A stretch of 64,000 nt of DNA from assembly GCA_963718525.1 (NCBI GenBank), contig OY970355.1, positions 2,752,001 through 2,816,000 of the forward strand, read 5' to 3'. The notes beneath the pieces are model-generated. The model did not search any database. It was not told the origin of the DNA and saw only the letters and a list, made by a program, of their open reading frames with translations. Of the stretch, positions 28,186-39,653 are shown piece after piece. The stretch comes from Candidatus Dormiibacterota bacterium. GTDB lineage: Bacteria; Chloroflexota; Dormibacteria; Aeolococcales; Aeolococcaceae. Each line of letters starts with the position of its first letter. Position 1 is the stretch's first letter. Position numbers and translations under genes: made by a program.

Positions 28186-28845
28186 TCACGAGGCGGCCGT
28201 CTCCCCCACCCGCCTGGCCAGCAGGTACGCGCGCATGGTCTGGACCTCGACGTCGGGGTATGGCTCCCGCACCACTCGTGCCTCCAGCTTGAACCCGGCG
28301 GCAGCGACGTCGGCGGTGAGCTGTTCCAGGTCGAAGAAGTGAAACTCCAGGTTCACGCGGACACCGAGCATCTCGTCGGCGTGCACCGTCGCGTCGCCGT
28401 GCTCGCCCAGGTGGACGGCGATCAGGAGCAGACCGCGTTCAGCAAGGGTCCGGTGAAATTCGCTCAGCGCCGCGCGGATCTCGAGCTCGCTGGTCAGGTG
28501 AATGATCGAGTAGAAGGCGACCAGCCCCCGCCACGAGCCGCCGGCCGCATCGAGCGCGGTCATCGTGCCCACGTCGAAGCTGATGCCGGGGTGCAGGGCT
28601 CGCGCTCGCTCGACCATCGCAGGGGAGAGGTCGATGCCGGTGACTGCGAGCCCGAGCCCGGAAAGGAACCCGGCAACGTGACCTGGGCCGCATCCCGCGT
28701 CGCACACTGACGCGCCCGCACCGAACTCCTCCTGCACCTGTTCCGCGAACGCGGTCAGCAATGCCCGGTCGAGCGGCTTGTGACGCAATTCGTCGTGCAC
28801 CCGCTCGACATACGCGTCGGTGACGGCGTCATAGCTGGCGCGCAC
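28186..28845 (-). CDS. Class I SAM-dependent methyltransferase; start uncertain
   Basis: VRASYD, DAGCGPG, GIDLSPAM, FYSIIH. Confidence 0.85.
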   Translation of the reverse strand: MRASYDAVTDAYVERVHDELRHKPLDRALLTAFAEQVQEEFGAGASVCDAGCGPGHVAGFLSGLGLAVTGIDLSPAMVERARALHPGISFDVGTMTALDAAGGSWRGLVAFYSIIHLTSELEIRAALSEFHRTLAERGLLLIAVHLGEHGDATVHADEMLGVRVNLEFHFFDLEQLTADVAAAGFKLEARVVREPYPDVEVQTMRAYLLARRVGETAAS

Positions 28846-28896
28846 CCGCGCCTGATGCTCCGGCGACGCGCCGCCGCCTGGTATGTTCGCGACGTC

Positions 28897-29295
28897 ATGC
28901 GCCCTTGGACCGTTCGCGCCCTCGCCATCGGCGTCGATGCGGTCTGCCTCGCGCTCTTCGTGGCGCTGGGACGCGCGAGTCACGACATCTCCTCGGGAAT
29001 CGCCTGGTACCTCACCGTCCTCTGGCCGTTCCTGGTGGGCTGGTTCGCGGTGGCCACGATGCTCGGCGTGTACCGAACACCGCTGGATCGCTGGGCGATG
29101 CTCGCCTGCACGTGGATCGTGGGATGCGCGATCGCCCTGGTCCTCCGGTCCGCGGTGACGCACCGCGGCACACCGATCGTCTTTGTCATCGTGACCTATA
29201 TCTTCATCGGCCTGACCACGTTCGGGTGGCGCCTGTTCGTTCACGGGCTCGGCCGCGTCCGCCATCGGGAGTCGAGCTCAGGGCACCTCACGTAG
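28897..29295 (+). CDS. DUF3054-like membrane protein
   Basis: D..C...F...GRASH and WPFLVGW motifs; 4 TM segments. Confidence 0.75.
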   Translation: MRPWTVRALAIGVDAVCLALFVALGRASHDISSGIAWYLTVLWPFLVGWFAVATMLGVYRTPLDRWAMLACTWIVGCAIALVLRSAVTHRGTPIVFVIVTYIFIGLTTFGWRLFVHGLGRVRHRESSSGHLT

Positions 29296-29324
29296 TCATC
29301 CGCGCCCGGCACTACACTCGGAGC

Positions 29325-29492
29325 GTGGCCGGCATCATCCTGTTGTTGGTGCTCGGCGCGGGCACCGGCGCGCTGATCCTCTGGGGCATCCGCCTGCCGC
29401 CGACCAGGCCGCGCCCGGACAGCCGCTACCGTGGCCGGACCTACACGTCGGTGCACCGCAAGCTCAAGCGCACCAAGCCACCCAAGGACTGA
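29325..29492 (+). CDS. Small single-TM basic protein (55 aa)
   Basis: GTG 6 nt after TACACT; hydrophobic N-terminus and Arg/Lys-rich tail. Confidence 0.5.
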   Translation: MAGIILLLVLGAGTGALILWGIRLPPTRPRPDSRYRGRTYTSVHRKLKRTKPPKD

Positions 29493-29582
29493 CGGCGCGC
29501 CGCGACCGAGATTGCCGCTGCTGACAGGCTCGCCCGGAGTGCTGAGGAGCCGCGAGTCTCGCCCCGCGACCCCTCTGATCAC

Positions 29583-30929
29583 TCAGTCGCTTGGGATGCC
29601 GCTGGCAGGCGGCGCCGAGGCCGCCCCCGAGTAGGTGGTTATCGGGCCGGACGTGGTGTCATCGGTCGTCTCCACCGGGCCGAGCGTTGTGACCGTGCCG
29701 TCGGCACCGACGGTCACCATCTGCACGCCCGTGAAGCCGTTGTGGTCTGTTGACGAATATGCGTAGGGCGTCAGTCCCGGCCCGTCGGTCCAGTGGCTGT
29801 TCTCCACGGCCGCGACGATGCTCGCCCGGGTCGGGTTCTGCCCTGCAGCCTTGAGCGCCTGCACGAAGGTGTATGCCTCCGACATGCCGTACTCAACGTT
29901 GCCGTCCCATGGGAGCGACGGTGCGTACTGCGCCTTCACGCTCTGGAAGAAGGTCACCCATGGATTGGAGGCATCGGTCAGGACCGGCAAGTAGGTGTCG
30001 CTGATCGTCCCGGCGATCAGGCCCGCCGGCAGCTTCTTGCCGAGGGATCCGCCGGTCAGGATGGCGGAGAGCGTGGGTGGATCCGATCCGACGTTGCTCA
30101 CCACGAACTTGGCGGCATATCGGAGCCCGGCGGCGCTCGCTTCCGCGATCGCTGTGAAGAGCGGGACCGAGAAGCTCACGATCACCTGGACTCCCTGGGC
30201 TTGCAACGACGCGATCGCCGCCCCGACGGCCATTGCCCCGGCGGCTGTGGGTGTGTAGTACGCGGGCGTCGAGTCGACATTGAGCCCCTTGCCCTGGAGC
30301 GCGTCCATGACTCCGGTGAATCCGTCGGTGCCGAACTCGTCATTGGGACCCTGCAGGAAGAAGCCCACCTTCTTGGTCGCGAAGTTCTGCGCGATGTACT
30401 GCCCGAGGATCTTGCCCTCGAGGGTGTAGTTGGGCTGCCATCCGAAGGTGTCCGGGTACTGGGAGGTGTTGTTCCAGCAGTTGCATCCGGATGCGACGAA
30501 CAGGTCGGGCACGTGGTTGGAGTTCAGATAGCTCACCACGGAGAGGTGAGTTGGCGTGCCGAGCGCCTGGAACATCGCGAACACGTTGTCCTGGAGCACG
30601 AGCGTGCGCGTCTGCGTCGCCGTGCTCGTGGGGTTGTACTGATCGTCCAGGTACGTGTAGTTGATCTTCCGGCCGTTGACGCCACCATGGGCGTTGACGT
30701 ACTTGAAATACGCATTGGCTGCGGGAGCGATCTCATCGTATCCTGGCGCCGCGGGCCCGGTGAGCGGCTGGGTGCTCCCGATGGTCACCGACGTTGCGGT
30801 GATCCCAGGCGCTGACGCCGCGTTGGTCGTGCCCGAACTGGTGCTGCCGCAGGCCGCGGACAGCAGCGCTGCCGCCCCTCCCGCAGCGATCACCGCCCAG
30901 GTCCTCGATCTACTGATCTCTGGTCGCAT
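29583..30929 (-). CDS. Branched-chain-type ABC substrate-binding lipoprotein
   Basis: Lipobox SAAC; PLTGPA, GGVNGRKI and DDQYNP motifs. Confidence 0.9.
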   Translation of the reverse strand: MRPEISRSRTWAVIAAGGAAALLSAACGSTSSGTTNAASAPGITATSVTIGSTQPLTGPAAPGYDEIAPAANAYFKYVNAHGGVNGRKINYTYLDDQYNPTSTATQTRTLVLQDNVFAMFQALGTPTHLSVVSYLNSNHVPDLFVASGCNCWNNTSQYPDTFGWQPNYTLEGKILGQYIAQNFATKKVGFFLQGPNDEFGTDGFTGVMDALQGKGLNVDSTPAYYTPTAAGAMAVGAAIASLQAQGVQVIVSFSVPLFTAIAEASAAGLRYAAKFVVSNVGSDPPTLSAILTGGSLGKKLPAGLIAGTISDTYLPVLTDASNPWVTFFQSVKAQYAPSLPWDGNVEYGMSEAYTFVQALKAAGQNPTRASIVAAVENSHWTDGPGLTPYAYSSTDHNGFTGVQMVTVGADGTVTTLGPVETTDDTTSGPITTYSGAASAPPASGIPSD

Positions 30930-30968
30930 GCGTGTGCTCCTTGTGTGTGCGGGTACCGGTTGCCGACG

Positions 30969-32030
30969 TCATTGAGAAGGCACCTCGGGTGCGGTGGGCA
31001 GTGCGCCACGGCGGCTGGTGCGAATCATCCGCGTCAGTGCGCGGACAATCGATGCCACGGCTCCGGCGACACCACGCGGAAACACGAGGATCGCGGCGAT
31101 GAGCACGATGCCGTAGATGGCGAGCGGCACGTTGTTGGCGACATTGCTCGACAGATTCAGGCTGCTGGCAAAACCGCTCGTCCACACCGGGAGGTAGACG
31201 AGGATGAACGATCCGAGCACCGCCCCGCTGAGACTTCCCAGTCCGCCGATGACGATGACGGTGAGCAGCGACAGGGACAGGTTGAGCGTGAAGCCACTCG
31301 GCGAGGTGATCGTCACCCAGTAGGCGAACAGTGACCCCGCGAGGCCCGCACACGCGGCGCTGATCACGAATGCGAGCACCTGGGTGCGGGCAACGTCGAC
31401 GCCGGCAAGACGAGCGGCGATCTCGTTGTCTCGGACCATCCGGAACCGCCTCCCGGTGGCGCCGCGTACCAGGTTGGCGAGCACGAAGAAGGTGACCACA
31501 CCCGCCACGAGCGCGATCCATACGAGCCACTGCACCGATGAGAAACCCGCACCGAGGAAGCTGGGTGGCGCAGGTGTCGGGACGCTCAGACCCTGGTTGC
31601 CACCGAAGATGCTCGCGAAGTGCGACGGCACCTGGGGCAGGGCGACCGCGAGAGCGAGCGTGGCGCCGGCGAGGTACGGTCCGCGCAACCGGGCTCCGGC
31701 GATGCCGACAATCGCGCCGGCAACGCCGGTGAGTGCGATGGAAGCGACCAGCACGAGGATCATTGGGAGATCCGCATGCCATGTGAGCAGCACCGATGTG
31801 GTGTACGCGCCGATCATCATCATCGCGCCATGGCCGAGTGACACCTGACCGTTGATGCCCGTGAGCACCGTCAGCCCGGCCGCCGAGATGGCATAGATCG
31901 CCACGCCGGTCACGTTGTAGTTCGTGTACGGATCGAAGACGAACGACGTGAGCAGCAGAAGCACGATGGCGAGCGCAAGAAAGAACAGCCCATGGCGCCC
32001 CAGCGTCGAGTTGCGCAGCGTTGTGCTCAT
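30969..32030 (-). CDS. Branched-chain ABC permease (LivM-like)
   Basis: GQVSLGHG, RLRGPYLAGATL, IGGLGSLSG; the ATG overlaps the upstream stop. Confidence 0.9.
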   Translation of the reverse strand: MSTTLRNSTLGRHGLFFLALAIVLLLLTSFVFDPYTNYNVTGVAIYAISAAGLTVLTGINGQVSLGHGAMMMIGAYTTSVLLTWHADLPMILVLVASIALTGVAGAIVGIAGARLRGPYLAGATLALAVALPQVPSHFASIFGGNQGLSVPTPAPPSFLGAGFSSVQWLVWIALVAGVVTFFVLANLVRGATGRRFRMVRDNEIAARLAGVDVARTQVLAFVISAACAGLAGSLFAYWVTITSPSGFTLNLSLSLLTVIVIGGLGSLSGAVLGSFILVYLPVWTSGFASSLNLSSNVANNVPLAIYGIVLIAAILVFPRGVAGAVASIVRALTRMIRTSRRGALPTAPEVPSQ

Positions 32031-32905
32031 ACCTGGCGCTGCCGCCCAAAGCTGAACAGCCCTTGCGGGCGAAGCATCAGCACCACGATCAGAATCACGA
32101 ACCCCCCGAGTGGGGCGAGGTCGGAACCGATGTAACCGCTGACGTAGCTGAGTGCGAGACCAACCGCCACCGCCCCAATCACCGCCCCGGCCGGGCTCTC
32201 GAGACCGCCGATGATGGCGCCCGTGAAGCCGAACACGAGCACCTCGTCCATGTTGCTGGGGTATACGTAGACGGACGGCGCTGCCAGCGTCCCGGCGAGC
32301 GCGCCGAGCAATGCGGCCAGCCCCCACCCGAGCGTGAGCATCCTGCCGACCCGAATCCCGAGAATGCGGGCGATCTCCGGATTGAACGCCGCCGCGCGCA
32401 TGCGCAGTCCGAGGGTGGTGCGTTGAAAGACGAGGAACAGCAGCAGCATCGCGACCAGCACCGCGCCGATCGTGAACAGATCGAATGGTGAGATGTCGAG
32501 TGAGGTCGACCCGGCCACGAGGTTGGTGTTCGAAACGGGCACGGGAAACGATTGCGTCTGCCCACCGAACAGCATCGGCGCCACCGCCTCGAGAAGGATG
32601 AGCACGCCGAGGCTCAGAATCACGGCGTTGAGCGGCGGGCGGGACTCCACCGGGCGCACCAGGACGCGTTCGATGATCGCGCCGAGCACGAACCCGGTCA
32701 GAAGCGCCACCAGGAAGCCGAGCCAGTACGGGGCGCCGTGGCGGATCACCTCCAGGGCGACGTATGTCGTGAACATCGCCATCGCGCCCTGGGCGTAGTT
32801 GATGATCCTGGTCGAGCGCCAGATCATCACAAGCGCCAGCGCCACCGCTGCGTAGACCATCCCGTTGGTGATGCCCGCGACGGTGTAGATCACAAAGAGA
32901 TGCAC
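32027..32905 (-). CDS. Branched-chain ABC permease (LivH-like)
   Basis: INYAQG, GLRMRAAA, IIGGL. Confidence 0.9.
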   Translation of the reverse strand: MHLFVIYTVAGITNGMVYAAVALALVMIWRSTRIINYAQGAMAMFTTYVALEVIRHGAPYWLGFLVALLTGFVLGAIIERVLVRPVESRPPLNAVILSLGVLILLEAVAPMLFGGQTQSFPVPVSNTNLVAGSTSLDISPFDLFTIGAVLVAMLLLFLVFQRTTLGLRMRAAAFNPEIARILGIRVGRMLTLGWGLAALLGALAGTLAAPSVYVYPSNMDEVLVFGFTGAIIGGLESPAGAVIGAVAVGLALSYVSGYIGSDLAPLGGFVILIVVLMLRPQGLFSFGRQRQV

Positions 32906-32907
32906 GG

Positions 32908-33615
32908 TCAGAAGCCCAGGTACGCGTGGCGGAGCGCGTCGTCGCCCGCAAGACGGTCGGCGCTGTCGCGCAGTTCGACCCGTCCCAGCGACAGCACGAT
33001 TGCCTGGTCGGCAACGGAGAGTGCGGACCGCGCGTTCTGCTCGATGAGCAATACGCTCAGCTTGCGCTCGAGCACCAGTGAGACGAGACGCTGCATGATC
33101 TGGGCGAGCAGTGCGGTGGCGAGGCCGAGGGAGGGCTCATCGAGGAGGAGCGCCGTCGGGCGTGCAACCATCGCGCGACCGATCGAGAGCATCTGTCGTT
33201 CGCCGCCACTGAGGTTCGACGCGTGCACCGCACGGCGTACCCTGAGTGGCGGGAAGAGTTCGTATGCCTCCTCGATCGCCACGCGCTGGTCGGCGCGGTC
33301 GCGGCGCCAGAGGCCCCCGAGGCGAAGGTTCTCCTCGACGGTCAGTTCGCTCACGATTCCGTGACCTTCCGGCACATGACCGACCCCGAGCCGCGCGATC
33401 GCCTCGGGAGATCTCCCCACCAGCTGATGATCGCCGAGCATCACCGAACCATGACGAGGCCTGACCAGGCCGGAGATGGTCCGCACAAGCGTGGTCTTGC
33501 CGGCGCCGTTCGCACCGAGCACCGCCGTGATGCTCCCTTCCGGGACGGACAGCGACACCTTCTCGAGTGCGATGACTCCTCCGTACGCGACCGTGAGGTC
33601 GGTGATCTCAAGCAT
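32908..33615 (-). CDS. ABC ATPase (LivF-like)
   Basis: GANGAGKT, LSGGERQML, DEPSLGL. Confidence 0.92.
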   Translation of the reverse strand: MLEITDLTVAYGGVIALEKVSLSVPEGSITAVLGANGAGKTTLVRTISGLVRPRHGSVMLGDHQLVGRSPEAIARLGVGHVPEGHGIVSELTVEENLRLGGLWRRDRADQRVAIEEAYELFPPLRVRRAVHASNLSGGERQMLSIGRAMVARPTALLLDEPSLGLATALLAQIMQRLVSLVLERKLSVLLIEQNARSALSVADQAIVLSLGRVELRDSADRLAGDDALRHAYLGF

Positions 33616-34396
33616 GAGCGACCGTCTGACCCAGATACGCGGTGGCGACAGCGGCGTTGGCGCGGATCTCCGCTGGTGAGCCCGAGGCGATCACCTGCCC
33701 GAGGTTGAGCACCGTGATGGTGTCGCTCACCGCCATGACCATGTCGACGTGGTGCTCCACAAGTGCGATCGCCATCCGCGTGCGCAGTGCGCCGAGCAGT
33801 TCGATGAGCTGGTTCACATCGGCAGCGGAGAGCCCGCTGGCCGGCTCATCGAGGAGCAGCAGCGCGGGTCTCACCATCAGCGCGCGGGCGATGATGACCC
33901 GCTTCTGGACGCCGTGGGGCAGCGCTCCCGGCGATGCGGAGGCGCGTTCTGCAACGCCGAGCTCCGCGAGGTATGTCATCGCCTCTTCGCGAAGCGCCCC
34001 CACGCGACGGTCTGCGCCCGGTGACGCCACGATGTCCGCTGCCAAACGAGCGCGCGACGGCGCACCGGCGACCACATTTTCGAGCACGCTGAGCGACGGC
34101 CACAGCCCGAGGCCCTGCAGCGTTCGTGCAATCCCCATGTGCGCAAGCCGCCACGCCGGCACCCCGAGCAGCGGCTGTCCCTGGAAGGTGATCGTCCCGT
34201 TGCTGGGCGTGACGAATCTCGAGACCGCGTTGAAGAGCGTGGTTTTCCCAGCGCCATTCGGCCCGATCACCCCGACGATCTGATTGGCGCGCACCGTCAG
34301 CGAGACGCCGTCGAGAGCGACGACGCCTTCGAAGCGCACGTCGATGCCGGCGACCTCGAGGACGACCGCCGATGCGCCCGATGTCGTCACGGACAC
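33608..34396 (-). CDS. ABC ATPase (LivG-like)
   Basis: GPNGAGKT, LLDEPASG, AYLG. Confidence 0.92.
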   Translation of the reverse strand: MSVTTSGASAVVLEVAGIDVRFEGVVALDGVSLTVRANQIVGVIGPNGAGKTTLFNAVSRFVTPSNGTITFQGQPLLGVPAWRLAHMGIARTLQGLGLWPSLSVLENVVAGAPSRARLAADIVASPGADRRVGALREEAMTYLAELGVAERASASPGALPHGVQKRVIIARALMVRPALLLLDEPASGLSAADVNQLIELLGALRTRMAIALVEHHVDMVMAVSDTITVLNLGQVIASGSPAEIRANAAVATAYLGQTVAHA

Positions 34397-34515
34397 TCTA
34401 CGGCGACCCGTTCAATCCCCATGAGCGCCCGCAGGGTACAGCGATCGATGGGCCTTTGCCTTCCCTCACAGGGGGGATTTATCTCGCGTCGTCGCCGGTC
34501 GCGACGGTGAAGTGC

Positions 34516-35274
34516 TCAGCGAATCGCCACGAGCACGCGATTGGCGAGATGCTGCCACAGGGTTCCCACCTCGGCAAAACCGGCCGAGAAGAGCGCAGAC
34601 CGATGGAATTCATAGCTGTGCGCCTCGTCCCCGTGCGGGTGAGCGTGCCAGCGCTGCTCCCGCTCCGCCACCGCTTCGGCGAGGCCCGGTTCGGCGACAA
34701 CGGCTGACCACCAGGCGTCGTAATCCTCGGCACCGGGCGGCGCGTCTGGCCATTCCGGACGCACCTGGCGCGCGGCCGCGGCGATCGCCTGCTGGTCATG
34801 ATCGAAGTCGAGCCGGTCGCCGTCGAGGAACACGGCTCCTGGGCGGAGCACGCCGGCAAGCGTGCGGTACAGGCGAACGAGCTGTTCGAGGCCAAGCCAG
34901 TGCAGCGCCGTGGTCGACACCGCAGCGTCGTACGGGCCCGGCGACGGCAGCGCACTGACCCAATCGGCCCGCAGGTCGGCGTCCAGGAACTGAATATTCC
35001 TGTCTTTGAGAGCGCCGCGACCGATGGCGAGCAGCACCGGGTCGGCATCGATGGCGACGATCTGGGCACCGGGAATTCGATCAACAACGCGAGCGCTCAG
35101 CGATCCCGGTCCGCACCCGAGGTCCAGCACGCGTGGCTCGGGTCCCGCGAACGCCGCCACCGCATCGGTGATGGCGGCGAAACGTTCCTCACGGTCGGGG
35201 ATGTGGCGCTGCTGCTGCGCGTCCCACCGCGCCAGCCAGTTCGTGTGATCAATGGTGACGGCCTGGATGCTCAT
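34516..35274 (-). CDS. Class I SAM-dependent methyltransferase
   Basis: VLDLGCGPG, IDADP, STTALHWL. Confidence 0.88.
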   Translation of the reverse strand: MSIQAVTIDHTNWLARWDAQQQRHIPDREERFAAITDAVAAFAGPEPRVLDLGCGPGSLSARVVDRIPGAQIVAIDADPVLLAIGRGALKDRNIQFLDADLRADWVSALPSPGPYDAAVSTTALHWLGLEQLVRLYRTLAGVLRPGAVFLDGDRLDFDHDQQAIAAAARQVRPEWPDAPPGAEDYDAWWSAVVAEPGLAEAVAEREQRWHAHPHGDEAHSYEFHRSALFSAGFAEVGTLWQHLANRVLVAIR

Positions 35275-35293
35275 GACCGGGGTATGTACCACA

Positions 35294-36414
35294 TCAGCGT
35301 TCGGCGGCCGCGGGCAGCTTCAGCGTGATCGCCGTGCCGTCTTCGGCGCTGCTCGCCGCGGCCACCGAGCCACCATGCGCCTCCACGACGTCGCGGACAA
35401 TGGCGAGACCGAGCCCTGACCCGCTGGACGATTGGCCCTTCACGAAGCGGTCGAACACGCGGGGAAGCAGATCTGGAGGAATCCCCGCACCGTCGTCGTG
35501 CACGGTGAGCATCACGTACCCGCCCGCAGCGACTCCATTGACGGCGATGGTGCCGCCGACGCGAGCATGTGCCAGCGCGTTGCTGACGAGATTGCCCAGA
35601 ACCCCGCGCATCCTCCCCGGGTCGGCATCGATGGCCGGTACGCCGGCATCGACCTTCTCGGTGAGTTGCACGCCCGCAGCCCGTGCCTCCGCGCCGAACG
35701 CGTCCAGTGTCTCGTTGACCAGCACCGCAACATCGACCGGCTCACGGTGGAGCCGCAGCGCGCCGCTCTCCGCCAGCGTCAGGGTGCTGAGATCGTTGAC
35801 CAGCATCTCCAGCAACTCGGTCGCGCTCACGATCGGCGCCATGTGGTCGGCATCGGCCGGGTAGATCCCGTCCGCGATCGCCTCCGCCTGCCCTCGGATG
35901 ATCGACAGTGGTGTGCGCAACTCGTGGGCGATGTCGGCAAGGACCGAACGGCGCCGCGTCTCCTCGGCCTCCAGACGGCCGCTCATCTCATTCATCGCGC
36001 GAGCGAGCGAGCGCAGGTCGGACGGCCCGCGTACCGGCACTCGTGTCGAGAGATCGCCGCCCTCGATGCGGTGCGCTCCCTCGATGAGCGCCCCGACCGG
36101 CGCCGCGAGGCGGCGGAGCAGCAGGATCACCACGATGATCGCGACCCCACCGAGAGCCAGAGCGGTGACCGCCACAGCGGTGTCGAATGGCGCCGAATTG
36201 ACCACGCCAAAGGCGCTGAGCAGCAGCCAGACGACTCCGAATATCGCACTGAGCACCACGAGGAATGCGATCCCGGCGAGGCAGCCGATACGGCGGGCGA
36301 TGCGCCGCCCGTGACGCTGCCAGTTGGGGCCTGCGCCCCACGGACCTCGCTCGCCATCAGGCCACCACGGAGGGCGGCCACCGCCTCCATCCTTTCGCCA
36401 CGGCGGTCCCGTGG

Positions 36415-36418
<4 letters not shown>
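35294..36418 (-). CDS. HAMP-domain sensor histidine kinase (BaeS-like)
   Basis: 2 TM segments, HAMP, AHELRTPL, NLVSNA, DDGAGI, GSGLGL. Confidence 0.93.
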
Positions 36419-37104
<686 letters not shown>

Positions 37105-37162
37105 GGCGAACCTCATCGTAGGGTCGACGTGGGGCGGCGAGCAGCCGTCGCCCCACGCGCCG

Positions 37163-37438
37163 TCAGACCGATTGCGGGGTGGCCGCCGACGTTTCGGGCT
37201 CCGATGCCTTGCGGCCGGTGCACTCACCACCGCCCCAGCCCTTGCCACGCGGCCCGAAGGATCCTGGACCGAATCCACGCCAGTTGCGGCGCCGGGGAGT
37301 CAGGCCGAGCACCCGTGGCAGCACCAGAGCGCCGAGGAAGGTGATCACGATGAACCCCGGATCGCGCGTGGTGATGCCCACCGCGGTTGCGGCCCCAACG
37401 GCGACGAGTCCCCAGGCAGTGCGTCCTGCACGATACAT
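37163..37438 (-). CDS. Small 2-TM membrane protein
   Basis: AAGGAG SD; two hydrophobic segments and a Gly-rich tail; co-oriented upstream of the two-component pair. Confidence 0.65.
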   Translation of the reverse strand: MYRAGRTAWGLVAVGAATAVGITTRDPGFIVITFLGALVLPRVLGLTPRRRNWRGFGPGSFGPRGKGWGGGECTGRKASEPETSAATPQSV

Positions 37439-37794
37439 GTCGTTTCTCCTTGTGGAGGGTTGAACGGTACGTGCATCACTGTCGCGTCCAGATGTGAATC
37501 ACGTGTGAGCGAGGGACGGAGGTCTCGCGCACGTCCTGCGGTTGAGAGACGGCGGTTCTCTGTCACCGCACGACGCGGTGCAGTCAGCCTGCGGCCCCGT
37601 AGGCGATGGGCCGCCGGGGATCCGCGCTCCACTCTGAAAACGAGCCGTCGTACACGCCGGCTCATGCTCTCGGCGCGACGGCCAGTCCCCTCGTGCAATC
37701 CCTCCACGTGCAGCTGCTCAAGCAGGCCGATACGACCTGAATCTGGCGACCCGCTGCCACCGCTCAGTGCTGAGGCCGTACGCTGTCGGGCGAC

Positions 37795-39045
37795 GTGCCG
37801 AGTCCCATCGCCGAGACCCTGGCAGTGCTGCTCCTCGCCGGGACGTTGGCATGCGCCATCGGGCGCCCGCGCGGATTGCCGGAAGCGGTTGTTGCGGTTC
37901 CTGCCGCCGGTCTGCTGCTGGTGCTCGGTGTCCTGCCGCTCGGGCAAGCTGGTACTGAAGCCGGCGGGCTTGGACCGACCATCGGCTTTCTCGCGGCCGT
38001 GCTCGCCCTCGCCAATCTCTGTGATCGCCACGGACTGTTTGAGGCTGCGGGATCGTGGATGGCCGCCGGCTCCGGCGGAAGACCGGTTTCCTTGCTCGTC
38101 CTCGTCTTTGCCGCGGCCAGCGTCGTCACCGCGGTGCTGAGCCTCGACGCGACTGTCGTGTTGCTCACACCGGTCGTGTTTGCGACCGTTGCGCGGCTCC
38201 GCCTCCGGGCAAAGCCGCACGTATACGCGTGCACGCATCTCGCGAACTCCGCGTCGCTGTTGCTGCCAGTCTCGAACCTCACCAACTTGCTGGCATTCGG
38301 CGCGAGTGGTCTATCGTTCGCTCGATTCGGAGCAACCATGGCACTCCCGTGGCTGGCCGCCATCGGCGTCGAATGGTTGGTGTTTCGCCGTTTCTTTGCT
38401 GGCGACCTGGTTGGCCGCGGTACTGCCCGCGATATCAAGCCGCTTCCGGTACCAGCGTTCGCGGCCGTCGTGGTTGCGCTCACGCTCGTCGGCTTCTTCG
38501 TCACGTCGGCCTTCAATGTCAGCCCGGCATTCGCGGCGCTCGCCGGCGCACTGGTCCTTGCCGCACCTGCAATTGCGAGCCGGAAGACGAGTCTCCGGGC
38601 CATTGCGATGTCGATCGACATCCCATTTCTCGCGTTCGTGCTGGCACTCGGGCTGATCGTGAAGGCAATCTCGCTGCACGGCCTGGGCTCGCTCGTGGCC
38701 CACGTCGTTCCGGGAGGTGCCGGCCTCGGTTCGCTGCTGCTCATCGCTGTCATCGCAGCCGTGCTCGCGAACGTGATCAACAATCTGCCGGCGGCGCTGT
38801 TGCTCATCCCTGCAGTCTCGGGGGCAGGCGCAGGCCCCGTGCTCGCCGTGCTCATCGGCGTCAACACCGGACCCAACCTCACCTATGTGGGCTCGCTGGC
38901 CACATTGCTCTGGCGGCGGGTGCTCATCCGCCGCGGCGAGGAGTTGCCGATCTCCGAATTCATCCGCCTCGGCGCCCTCACGGTGCCGCCAGTGCTCGTG
39001 GCCGCGACCGTCGCGCTGTGGATTTCGCTGCGATTGGTGGGTTAA
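37795..39045 (+). CDS. ArsB/NhaD-family (ion transporter superfamily) permease
   Basis: SLDATVVLLTPV, LPVSNLTNLL, INNLPA, NLTYVGSLATLLW. Confidence 0.85.
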   Translation: MPSPIAETLAVLLLAGTLACAIGRPRGLPEAVVAVPAAGLLLVLGVLPLGQAGTEAGGLGPTIGFLAAVLALANLCDRHGLFEAAGSWMAAGSGGRPVSLLVLVFAAASVVTAVLSLDATVVLLTPVVFATVARLRLRAKPHVYACTHLANSASLLLPVSNLTNLLAFGASGLSFARFGATMALPWLAAIGVEWLVFRRFFAGDLVGRGTARDIKPLPVPAFAAVVVALTLVGFFVTSAFNVSPAFAALAGALVLAAPAIASRKTSLRAIAMSIDIPFLAFVLALGLIVKAISLHGLGSLVAHVVPGGAGLGSLLLIAVIAAVLANVINNLPAALLLIPAVSGAGAGPVLAVLIGVNTGPNLTYVGSLATLLWRRVLIRRGEELPISEFIRLGALTVPPVLVAATVALWISLRLVG

Positions 39046-39609
39046 TGTCGCCCATGAACATCGTCATCTGGATCGTCGAGGGAACCTGGGAAGGTTGCGT
39101 CGACGCGGCGCTCGCGCACTTTCCGGCAGATGCACACTTCACGCTCCTGCACGTGACGCCTTCGGACGTTACGGAGGCAGCGGGCGCGGCGAGCGCCGGC
39201 CTCTTCGGGCGCGCGTTCGCAGGGCGGAAACCAAGCCAACGCTACGACGATATCGCCGACGACGAGGCCTCAGAGTTGCTCGCCGCGGCCGCGCGGCGGG
39301 TTGGGCAACCCGACGTTGAGTTGATCAGTCGACGCGGTCGCATCGAACGCGAGGTGGTAGACGCCGTCGCTGAAGCGGTCGATGTTCTCGTGGTTGCGCG
39401 TGACGGCGATCACTCGCGGCTCGGACCAAAGAGCCTCGGTCACGCAACCCGCTTCGTGGTCGACCATGCCCCCTGCGCTGTGCTCCTGGTCTGGCCGGAC
39501 GAGAACTCCGGGCATCGAGTCGATACCCCCGCCGAAGCACGGTCGGCCTCGAGGGCACGGACCGCCCCCGAAGCACAATCCACCGCCGCACGAGCGCCGC
39601 GACCGCTGA
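39045..39609 (+). pseudogene. Universal stress protein with an apparent frameshift near 39504
   Basis: USP motif SLGHATRFVVDHAPCAVLLVWP. The frame then runs on into the convergent gene, while the +1 frame gives a Pro/His tail and a stop at 39609. Confidence 0.65.
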
Positions 39610-39653
39610 CCCTTGCCGGGCGCCTTCGGAACCGGGTTCGGGCGCAGGGCGGT

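Noticed and set aside
23900-28845. RiPP biosynthetic cluster built on the Trp peptides
   Set aside because: No radical SAM, P450, prenyltransferase, YcaO or peptidase lies nearby, and the peptides have no leader. The rhodanese and methyltransferase are on the opposite strand and look generic.
30969-33014. 681-aa fused permease
   Set aside because: The N-terminal half is an off-frame shadow of the LivH-like gene; the real start is 32030.
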